This document shows positions 36,407 through 43,600 of a stretch of 64,000 nt of DNA, one piece after another. The stretch is from assembly GCA_008273105.1 (NCBI GenBank), contig GCA_008273105.1_4080.1. One strand, written 5' to 3'. The stretch is from a phage. The notes under the pieces were generated by a model. The model was given only the letters and a program-made list of their open reading frames with translations. It was not told the DNA's origin and made no database searches. Numbering within the stretch: position 1 is the first letter of the stretch; every line of letters begins with the position of its first letter. A program made the position numbers and the translations under genes.

Positions 36407-36619
36407 TTACTTACTTTCTTTCGCTGCTTTATATGTTGCCACTGCCATAACCACATCAGCACGAACAAAGTTTTTAACCGTGTCACTGTAATAATTGATC
36501 GCATCATCTATATCTGCGAACGTCCGATACATACCGCACCAAGATACTTTATAACCTTCTTTCACTTCTGCCAGTTTAACGATAGTCTTGTTAACTTTGA
36601 TTTTAGTAATGATAGCCAT
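36407..36619 (-). CDS. hypothetical early protein
   Basis: ORF 70 aa; AGGAAA SD; UTR hairpin. Confidence 0.55.
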   Translation of the reverse strand: MAIITKIKVNKTIVKLAEVKEGYKVSWCGMYRTFADIDDAINYYSDTVKNFVRADVVMAVATYKAAKESK

Positions 36620-36705
36620 TTTAGTTTCCTTGTAGTGGGGAGAATCATTTCTCCCCTTGATGTAATGTATTATACTTTATTCGATTTACTTTGCAAGTAC
36701 TTTTT

Positions 36706-36933
36706 TTAATTTAATTCATCCAGGCAAAGGATACGCTCAACGCCCAAATCAGTTAAACTAATCGACGGCACTTGATAGGTTTCAATGTATGCTACACTTG
36801 CCCACTGACCGAACTCATTAACGGCCCAGGTATTCATTGCATTTTGCAATTCCGCACCTGCCTTGTTAGTAATGACTGCAACTACTTGTTCGTTGCCAGT
36901 AGTACCAGATACGCGAGTAATGATAATAGCCAT
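36706..36933 (-). CDS. hypothetical early protein
   Basis: Start set at MAIIITRV after AAGGAA; six-frame extension MFYIERG is the translated -10 region. Confidence 0.5.
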   Translation of the reverse strand: MAIIITRVSGTTGNEQVVAVITNKAGAELQNAMNTWAVNEFGQWASVAYIETYQVPSISLTDLGVERILCLDELN

Positions 36934-37170
36934 TGTTTTGATTCCTTTGATTTGGAAGGAGAACCGTTTCCCCCTCTCGATGTAAAACATTATACGCTAA
37001 TCTCTTAATCGTGCAAGTACTTTTTATTACTTTTTGCAAAATACTTTAAACGCTCTCAATCGCATTCTAACGACCTTAACGCCACCAGCTAGGGCGATGT
37101 ATCAGATAATCAGTTTAATGCGTTAGAATCGATTCTAGGCGGTGCTGGTGGACTGGAATACTACAGACAC

Positions 37171-37197
37171 AAAAAAGCCCACTGTTTAAGGTGGGCT
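37171..37197 (-). terminator. intrinsic terminator
   Basis: Hairpin agcccacc ttaaacag tgggct followed on minus strand by TTTTTT; identical copy at 37906-37932. Confidence 0.65.
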
Positions 37198-37218
37198 AGT
37201 GATTCAGTACTTTAATTG

Positions 37219-37701
37219 TTATGCTTCAACTTTGCGATGAGCTTCGATCCATTCCTCGCGAGTCATACCGCTTTCTTTGATAGCGTCCAGTACTACCGCA
37301 ATGCAGTTACCGCGTACAGGAATCATATGTTCTTCCCCGTTATCAAGTACTACAGTAACACGTTCTTGAATCCATTTTTTAGGTTTAGATTCTGGCTTAT
37401 CTTCACCATACTTAACCGCCAGGGCTTTATGTGCCATTTCTACAACTACTTCCAGATCCAATCCAGCCACCGCCGCCTGGATACTTTCGATTGTTGCTTG
37501 CAGTTCGGCTTCACGGGCTTTTTTCTGTTCTTCCAGTTCTGCTACCTTTTTGGCTTGCAGTTCTTTAGCTTCACTGTACGCAATGTTAAAATTGTTGCGT
37601 ACTGCTTTCATGGTATCGTTATCCAGGTCAGCCAACAATTCAGCAGCAATAACAGTATCGTTTGAAATCAGTGCTTTCAGGAATGATTTTACATTAGCCA
37701 T
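37219..37701 (-). CDS. H-NS-like nucleoid-associated protein (tentative)
   Basis: Helical charged N-terminal region (AKELQAKKVAELEEQKKAREAELQ); C-terminus VVLDNGEEH...PVRGNC...AIKESGMTREEWI loosely resembles, from memory, the H-NS C-terminal DNA-binding region; start at MANVKSF after GAGGA. Confidence 0.35.
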   Translation of the reverse strand: MANVKSFLKALISNDTVIAAELLADLDNDTMKAVRNNFNIAYSEAKELQAKKVAELEEQKKAREAELQATIESIQAAVAGLDLEVVVEMAHKALAVKYGEDKPESKPKKWIQERVTVVLDNGEEHMIPVRGNCIAVVLDAIKESGMTREEWIEAHRKVEA

Positions 37702-37905
37702 TTTATAAATCCTCAATTAAAGTTTAGTTTACGTTTATTAGTGTATCAAAGTTTTATCGACGTGTCCAGTTTTTCGTTCGACTTACTGGCGGTCTACTTA
37801 GTGCTCCCCGTCTTGATGTAATACATTCTACGCCTTTTTGTGGTAATGTCAACTACTATTTTAAAACTATTTTTAAAGTATGCAGTACTACGATAATACA
37901 AAAAC

Positions 37906-37932
37906 AAAAAAGCCCACTGTTTAAGGTGGGCT
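37906..37932 (-). terminator. intrinsic terminator (second copy)
   Basis: Same hairpin agcccacc...tgggct + T-run downstream of 37950..38249. Confidence 0.65.
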
Positions 37933-37949
37933 AGTGATTCAGTACTATA

Positions 37950-38249
37950 TTATAAACAGTTAATTACTCCGGTGTGCGTTACTTTCTCAGTATCCATAAC
38001 CGTGACCGATCCACGCTTAGTACTTACATCGTAATAAATTGTCGTGCTACCTTTTTCGTCTTCTTCATGGAACGGGCCGCTTTTAAATGCTTCTGGCTGG
38101 ATCTCTAAATCCTTTAAAACAATCTCGCCAGTACTTTCATCTGTCATCGCAACAGTGCACTGAATGAATTTTTCACTACTTACATCTAACGACGCATTAA
38201 CAGCGAAAGAGGAAACAGATAAAGCCAGGGCGATGATTGCAATTTTCAT
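37950..38249 (-). CDS. secreted/periplasmic protein with N-terminal signal peptide
   Basis: MKIAIIALALSVSSFAVNA-SLD: n-region, hydrophobic core and AxA-like cleavage site; AAGGA SD. Confidence 0.55.
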   Translation of the reverse strand: MKIAIIALALSVSSFAVNASLDVSSEKFIQCTVAMTDESTGEIVLKDLEIQPEAFKSGPFHEEDEKGSTTIYYDVSTKRGSVTVMDTEKVTHTGVINCL

Positions 38250-38333
38250 TTGATTATCCTTAGTTACCAGGGGGAACCGCTCCCCCGTGCGATGTAAAAT
38301 ATTGTACAGTACTAAAAACTAATTGCAAGTACT

Positions 38334-38570
38334 TTATGATTTTTTATAAAACATTTCGGCAGTAATATTTTTACCCGTTGGTTGTACTTTATCCAGAATT
38401 TTTTGATGCCCTGGCCGTCCAAATGAATATGATCCGTAAACCGTAAACCAGTAGTTACCCTCAGTGTTTACATGTACAGCACAATAGGGAACGCCCCGCG
38501 ATTCATCACCAATAAAGTGTGATACCGTTCCCGTTACATTAGCAGACGTTGATTTGATTTGTTCAAGCAT
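38334..38570 (-). CDS. hypothetical early protein
   Basis: ORF 78 aa; AAGGAA SD; UTR hairpin gggggaaccgctccccc. Confidence 0.55.
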   Translation of the reverse strand: MLEQIKSTSANVTGTVSHFIGDESRGVPYCAVHVNTEGNYWFTVYGSYSFGRPGHQKILDKVQPTGKNITAEMFYKKS

Positions 38571-38679
38571 TTTCTTATTCCTTAGTTACCAGGGGGAACC
38601 GCTCCCCCTATGCAAAACATTATACGCGTTTAAAAACTAATAGCAAGTATTTTAATAAAAAGTATTTGAAAAATAATTG

Positions 38680-38708
38680 TTGACAACTGCATCCAGTACT
38701 GGCATAAT
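38680..38708 (+). promoter_or_regulatory. plus-strand sigma70-type promoter (TTGACA-N17-CATAAT), antisense to early genes
   Basis: TTGACA actgcatccagtactgg CATAAT, followed about 28 nt later by CCCACAGGGTGCA at 38737-38749. Confidence 0.45.
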
Positions 38709-38788
38709 TACTACATAAAGACGATACAGTCACTAACCCACAGGGTGCATAGATCCGTCTATTAAATGATTCAGTACTTAACAATAAA

Positions 38789-38806
38789 GGGGATCAATCG
38801 ATCCCC
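38789..38806 (-). terminator. hairpin terminator downstream of 38813..39034
   Basis: ggggatcaatcgatcccc followed on minus strand by TTTATTGTT. Confidence 0.45.
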
Positions 38807-38812
38807 TATGTA

Positions 38813-39034
38813 TTACTTAGTAAGGTATAAACAGAAGTCACCTTTATTTGCTACGCCGCCAGTGTAACGCGATGAATAGTTAGAAACGTCCTGGACTTCT
38901 GCTATTACCAGTGTATCATCATTCAATTCGTCGCAGAAGCAAACGGCTGGATCTTTTACGCCGATCTTGTCGGCATGTTCCCGCATAGATTTAACCAGTG
39001 CTTCCAGTTGAGAAAGAGTAGTGATATTAGCCAT
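38813..39034 (-). CDS. hypothetical early protein
   Basis: Start set at MANITTL after GAGGA; upstream extension is translated hairpin. Confidence 0.5.
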   Translation of the reverse strand: MANITTLSQLEALVKSMREHADKIGVKDPAVCFCDELNDDTLVIAEVQDVSNYSSRYTGGVANKGDFCLYLTK

Positions 39035-39118
39035 TGTATTTTCCTCATTACCAGGGAGAACCATTTCTCCCCTCTATGTAAACTATTATACAGTACTGAA
39101 AACTAATTGCAAGTACTT

Positions 39119-39307
39119 TTAATTAAATTCCATAAAATCATTCTCAACGTGCACAACAATTTGATTGTTTTTAAAGTCCGCAGCGAACTCGATGCAATCA
39201 TAAACCGCTTTTTGTGTTACAATGCTATGAGTACCAATCGGATTAATAGGGGATTGAATTGTTTCAATCTCGTTCCCTTGCTCATTAACAATTAAAATAT
39301 TAAACAT
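39119..39307 (-). CDS. hypothetical early protein
   Basis: ORF 62 aa; AGGAG SD. Confidence 0.5.
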   Translation of the reverse strand: MFNILIVNEQGNEIETIQSPINPIGTHSIVTQKAVYDCIEFAADFKNNQIVVHVENDFMEFN

Positions 39308-39363
39308 CGCTGTTACTCCTGGGTAGTGTTAACTCGATATAAAGTATTATACGCCTTTATTGC

Positions 39364-39567
39364 TTAGTGTCCAGTACTTTTTAAAACATATTCATAAACA
39401 CTACGCACATCATTGATCATCGCCTGGCGGTTAGCAGGTAACGCACCAGGATCGCCACTATCCCAGGCATTGATAAAACTCCCCAAATCATGAAAGATTT
39501 TATTCTGTAAGCCGATTAACTGCAATTCTTTTTCTTCAAGCTCTTTGATACGGTCAATTAAAAGACT
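39364..39567 (-). CDS. hypothetical early protein
   Basis: Start set at MSLLIDRIK after GAGGA. Confidence 0.45.
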   Translation of the reverse strand, partial: SLLIDRIKELEEKELQLIGLQNKIFHDLGSFINAWDSGDPGALPANRQAMINDVRSVYEYVLKSTGH

Positions 39568-39587
39568 CATTAGATAATCCTCAGTAC

Positions 39588-39875
39588 TTAATTGTAAGAT
39601 CCGCAACGGTTACAATAGTGCCCGTCTTCCTCGTCATCGTCAACGAATTGACCGACGAAATTATCTACTTTCTCTTTGAGATTCTGATAATTGTTTTCAA
39701 CTTCCTTTAGACGTTCCTGGTAGTATTCCAGGGCTTGCACATACGCCGCCTCAGCCGTTTTCGCTCTTAAGGCTAAATTCATGCCACGCGTTTCATCGTA
39801 CATCCAAAAGCCATCGGTGCACTCACTGATTGACAATGATTTGGTTAACACTTTATAGTCAATTACTTTGCTCAT
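39588..39875 (-). CDS. hypothetical early protein with C-terminal Cys pair
   Basis: Start set at MSKVIDYKVL after GAGGA; C-terminus HYCNRCGSYN. Confidence 0.45.
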   Translation of the reverse strand: MSKVIDYKVLTKSLSISECTDGFWMYDETRGMNLALRAKTAEAAYVQALEYYQERLKEVENNYQNLKEKVDNFVGQFVDDDEEDGHYCNRCGSYN

Positions 39876-39931
39876 TAGATAATCCTCAGTAAAGGCGGGA
39901 ACCACACCCGCCATTGATTCAGTACTGAATG

Positions 39932-40171
39932 TTACATTCCAACCATTGCAGCACGGATCGCCGTAGTGCTATACTTGAATCCGTCCGGTGTTGTAGTAGT
40001 ACCGTTGGCTTTTAATCTGCGGTACATACATTGGGCCGCAATATCTTTAGTTTTACATTGTGCGATGCAACTTTGAGCAAGCCGATATAATGACTCACCG
40101 TTATTAATCCACAATGAAACATTCCAATGAGTTTTGTTTTTGTGTCCGTTGTAAGTTTTAGTACTAGCCAT
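39932..40171 (-). CDS. hypothetical early protein (paralog of 41972..42211)
   Basis: Shares GHKNKTHWNVSLWINN.ESLYRLAQ and TPDGFKYSTTAIRAAMVGM. Confidence 0.55.
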   Translation of the reverse strand: MASTKTYNGHKNKTHWNVSLWINNGESLYRLAQSCIAQCKTKDIAAQCMYRRLKANGTTTTPDGFKYSTTAIRAAMVGM

Positions 40172-40261
40172 TTTTAAATCCTCGTTTGAGCGGGGAACCA
40201 TTCCCCGCCTCGATATAAAGTATTATACGCTTTTAAACTTAGTTTGCAAGTACTTTTTAAA

Positions 40262-40873
40262 TTAATATGCGATTGATTCTACTACGTCATCAATAACATT
40301 GAATTGATATTCGTTACCCTCAATCAGTGCCGTAATGTTTTCAGTAGTGAATTGATCCTCATATGCATTCTCTAAATCACGGTACAACTTGCGGGATAAT
40401 TCACGAATAGTTTCAGTGAGTAGTTCCTCAAGCTCATTAACTAACGTTTCTTGTTTTGCGGTTAAATCAGTGTAAGCCGATTCAATGTACCCGCTTACAG
40501 TATTCTCATGTGAGTACAAAGAATGAGAACGCTTTACACTCATCGCCAAATCATCTTCATTCAGCAGGTGACGGATTGAGCGATACTTAGTTAATGCTCT
40601 TACCTTGCGTAAAAACTTCACTGCGTCAACGTGGTCAGTACTGATTGATGCACCGTCACCCTGGGACCAAAAACCACTGAATTGTATTTCAGCGTCATTA
40701 ATGCCATATTCCGGTAGTACTGTTTCTTTATAGTATTCAATTTCACTTTCAGAAAAATAATTGTCGTTTGAGTTTTTTTCACGTTCCCGAACCAGTTCGA
40801 TAGCCGCCGCTTGTTGTTCTGCGTTCAGTTCAGAAAAAGCCATAACGAAAGTAGTAGTAGTGATAGTTTTCAT
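40262..40873 (-). CDS. acidic hypothetical protein
   Basis: ORF 203 aa, many D/E residues, motif FSGFWSQGDGASI; GAGGG SD. Confidence 0.55.
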   Translation of the reverse strand: MKTITTTTFVMAFSELNAEQQAAAIELVREREKNSNDNYFSESEIEYYKETVLPEYGINDAEIQFSGFWSQGDGASISTDHVDAVKFLRKVRALTKYRSIRHLLNEDDLAMSVKRSHSLYSHENTVSGYIESAYTDLTAKQETLVNELEELLTETIRELSRKLYRDLENAYEDQFTTENITALIEGNEYQFNVIDDVVESIAY

Positions 40874-40925
40874 TTTGTAACCCTCATTCAGTAGTTTATG
40901 TAAGTATTATACGCTTTTAAAAACA

Positions 40926-41035
40926 TTTGTCAAACTATTTTATCAGGGGAGTTTTTCGTGTGCCTTACTCCTGGGCTACTTAACGGGGAGTTACTTATTT
41001 CGTTCCCCGTCCTGATGTAAAACATTATACGCCTT
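40926..41035 (-). repeat. about 107-bp structured leader repeat (copy 2)
   Basis: Near-identical to 30494-30600. Confidence 0.7.
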
Positions 41036-41095
41036 TAAACATAGTTTGCAAGTACTTTTTAAAAATAGTTTTCAGTACTGAATATTAAAAAAGTA

Positions 41096-41124
41096 TTGAC
41101 AGCATTATCAAGTACTGGCATAAT
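41096..41124 (+). promoter_or_regulatory. plus-strand sigma70-type promoter (TTGACA-N17-CATAAT)
   Basis: Followed by CCCACCGGGTGCA at 41146-41158; convergent with an inverted copy at 41203-41216. Confidence 0.45.
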
Positions 41125-41298
41125 ATACCCCATGACAACAGCTAACCCACCGGGTGCACAATTGTAACTATACTAAACTAATTTTTCTATAGATACACTC
41201 CCGCACCCTATGGGCTACGGCTTATCTGCCAATGAATACATTATGCCAGTACTGACAAAATAAGTCAATACCGGCAATTGTAAAGATTTGTAAACTGC

Positions 41299-41529
41299 TT
41301 ATACTGCAATCGCGTCCAGGCTATAATAATAATAAGTGCCGTATTGGTGTACTTTATTACCTTTTATTTCAGTACTGAATGAATCCGAACGGTTTGCATA
41401 TGATGTTAATTTAAAGTACTTTGATTTGCTGATACGTTGCCATACACCGCAGATCCGCTGTAAGTAAGTAGTTTTATTAGTGGTAGTATCTTTTACGGTT
41501 TTAACTTCAGTCATATACATATTAGTCAT
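41299..41529 (-). CDS. hypothetical early protein
   Basis: ORF 76 aa. Confidence 0.5.
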   Translation of the reverse strand: MTNMYMTEVKTVKDTTTNKTTYLQRICGVWQRISKSKYFKLTSYANRSDSFSTEIKGNKVHQYGTYYYYSLDAIAV

Positions 41530-41616
41530 TTTTATTACTCCAGGTTATAGGCGGGAAGTGTTCCCGCTCTCGATGTAAAACATTATACGCCATTAAACAT
41601 AGTTTGCAAGTACTTT

Positions 41617-41880
41617 TTATTCAAGTACTGCAATCTTTTTAGTACGGTACACGGTCACGCGGTTGCCCTTTCGGTCGAGCTTTATTTCTACCACTCGACG
41701 CGATACACTATCGGGACTTTTTAAGGCCGCTAACCAGTACTGTAATGATCTGGCGGTACTACGCTTTACAATGGCCCAACGTTTACCACGTTCCGATTGT
41801 ACGCCCATATCTTTAAACGTTGCCCCGGCGTGGCGTGCGGCGATCCGAGCTTGTTCACGCGTCGCAAAATACTTAATATT
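41617..41880 (-). CDS. hypothetical early protein (paralog of 29335..29730)
   Basis: Start set at MNIKYFATREQ; shared motifs with 29335 gene. Confidence 0.5.
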   Translation of the reverse strand, partial: NIKYFATREQARIAARHAGATFKDMGVQSERGKRWAIVKRSTARSLQYWLAALKSPDSVSRRVVEIKLDRKGNRVTVYRTKKIAVLE

Positions 41881-41971
41881 CATGCTGTTGCCCTTATCGT
41901 TGGTGTATGAATAAAACACTATTATAAAGTACTATCCCCGTGCAATAGTACTTTAAATAAATTCTATTCTA

Positions 41972-42211
41972 TTACATTCCAACCATTGCCGCACGGATCG
42001 CAGTAGTGCTATATTTGAATCCGTCCGGTGTTTTATCTTGTCCAGTCTGTTCTAAAAATAACATCATATGACGGGCCGCATCATTGCGATTAGTGCTATC
42101 GTTAATAAAGTCCTGGGCCAACCGGTATAATGATTCATCGTTATTAATCCAAAGGCTTACATTCCAATGAGTTTTGTTTTTGTGACCTAAGAACATTTTT
42201 GATTTAGCCAT
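41972..42211 (-). CDS. hypothetical early protein (paralog of 39932..40171)
   Basis: ORF 79 aa; GAGGA SD. Confidence 0.55.
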   Translation of the reverse strand: MAKSKMFLGHKNKTHWNVSLWINNDESLYRLAQDFINDSTNRNDAARHMMLFLEQTGQDKTPDGFKYSTTAIRAAMVGM

Positions 42212-42306
42212 TTTTTTTTAATCCTCTTATATAGTGGGGAACTATTCCCCACCTGATGTAAAACATTATACGCCATTAAACATAGTTTGCAAGTACTTTA
42301 TTAAAC

Positions 42307-42669
42307 TTATTTGTAAATTTTACCACTGTCAGCCCATACCAGGAAACGAGGCATATTATCCCATGCATCTTGTTTTAAGTTTAAGCCGTGCAATTCCTCA
42401 GTTGTTGCCATCCCTGGTACTGGCTTACTACACACCGCGAAATTTTCGCCCATATACTGATAAACCATCGTCAAATCATTTGAGATCATTATATGGATCA
42501 TTGAATCCAGCATCAAAGTAGCGGCGTATTGTTCACGCTTAAGCGGCAACATTGCAATAAGTTCCCGATAAGCTGCAATGTGAATTTTTACAGTTTCAGC
42601 CGGAAGACCTTTCATCTCATCGCGGAAGTTTACCAGGTTAAGCATGATTTTATTGATTTGAGTCGCCAT
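42307..42669 (-). CDS. hypothetical early protein
   Basis: Start set at MATQINKIM; six-frame extension MFYIESG is the translated -10 region. Confidence 0.5.
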   Translation of the reverse strand: MATQINKIMLNLVNFRDEMKGLPAETVKIHIAAYRELIAMLPLKREQYAATLMLDSMIHIMISNDLTMVYQYMGENFAVCSKPVPGMATTEELHGLNLKQDAWDNMPRFLVWADSGKIYK

Positions 42670-42724
42670 CGTTTTAATCTCTCTTAATGTGTAGCGGGAA
42701 GTGTTCCCGCTCTCGATGTAAAAC

Positions 42725-42752
42725 ATTATACGCTTTTATCAGTACGGTGCAA
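42725..42752 (-). promoter_or_regulatory. sigma70-type early promoter (TTGCAC-N16-TATAAT)
   Basis: Minus strand TTGCAC ... TATAAT gttttacatcgag, then hairpin gcgggaagtgttcccgc. Confidence 0.55.
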
Positions 42753-42784
42753 GTACTTTCTACAAATACTTTTAAAATAGTTTT

Positions 42785-42876
42785 CTTTCTATATAGGAGT
42801 ACTATTATTCAGTACTGAATCAATCCAGGGGAACTATCTTTCTATATAGGAGTACTATTATTCAGTACTGAATCAA
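42785..42876. repeat. 39-bp direct repeat x2 (14-bp spacer)
   Basis: ctttctatataggagtactattattcagtactgaatcaa at 42785-42823 and 42838-42876; contains palindrome ttcagtactgaa. Confidence 0.8.
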
Positions 42877-43028
42877 CCAAATCACTACTACACCCCATAA
42901 AACGGCCTCAGACGCATTCTAACGCATTAATACACATAAGCTATACATTTGCACCATTCCAATCATTCCAGGGCTTTACAGGCCGTTTAAACGCGTTAAA
43001 TTATTTTCAATTATTTTGTTTTTAGGTA

Positions 43029-43056
43029 TTGACTTGATCCTGAAAAAGCGTATAAT
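43029..43056 (+). promoter_or_regulatory. plus-strand sigma70-type promoter (TTGACT-N16-TATAAT)
   Basis: Initial transcribed sequence tactacatagacg matches the 38.7 kb copy; CCCAGAGGGTGCG at 43084-43097. Confidence 0.45.
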
Positions 43057-43495
43057 TACTACATAGACGCGAGAAAGCGGAAACCCCAGAGGGTGCGGAA
43101 TTACGCCCAAAATTCAAGATATAAAAAAAGGATACACTCCCGCACCCTAGCAGGTAAACGCACTTTCTCAGTACTGAAATATAGTACCATAGTCCGGCCC
43201 AGGATAGCAAGCAAATTAATTAAAACTTTTTTGCTTCCAGGGTATTGCTTTATTTTTTCAGTACTGTATAATAGTTCCATCAAGTCGAGAAAGACTCAAG
43301 CCCACCGGGTGCATAGTTACGCCCAAAATTCAGTACTGAAAAAAATTTTAAAAATATCCGTCCAGGCCGTTGACATTGCCCCCAGTTTATAAGATAATGA
43401 TTCCAGATTCAGAAAAATCTAACGTTCGATACTGCTGGGGAATTTACCCCGACGCGGTAGGGGAACTATTGGAAAAAACAAAATAAAATTTTGAT

Positions 43496-43600
43496 TTAGC
43501 CGTCTATACTTCCAGACGTGTAACCATCTAGCCGTTTAGCCGTCCAGAAATCTAGCCGTTTAGCCGTCTAGATGGATAGCCATCTTTACTTCCAGACTTC
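43496..43600. repeat. iteron-like cluster (AGCCGT x6, CTTCCAGAC x2, CCATCTAG/CTAGATGG inverted pair)
   Basis: tagccgtttagccgtc repeated; visible by eye in the non-coding hub. Confidence 0.7.

Noticed and set aside
38727-38752. CCCACAGGGTGCA with upstream TAACC as a T3/T7-like single-subunit RNAP promoter
   Set aside because: Only a partial resemblance to the T3 promoter core; it lacks the conserved TATA/-4 to -1 region and the 23-bp length, and every copy sits downstream of a sigma70-type -10, so a regulatory or leader element is more parsimonious.
24796-42726. N-terminal extensions of six-frame ORFs (MVLP..., MFYIE..., MTVLKCFS..., MRIYK...)
   Set aside because: These shared N-termini are translations of the conserved promoter -10 region or UTR hairpin (e.g. 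ATGTTTTACATCGAG gives MFYIE); SD-supported internal ATGs were used instead.
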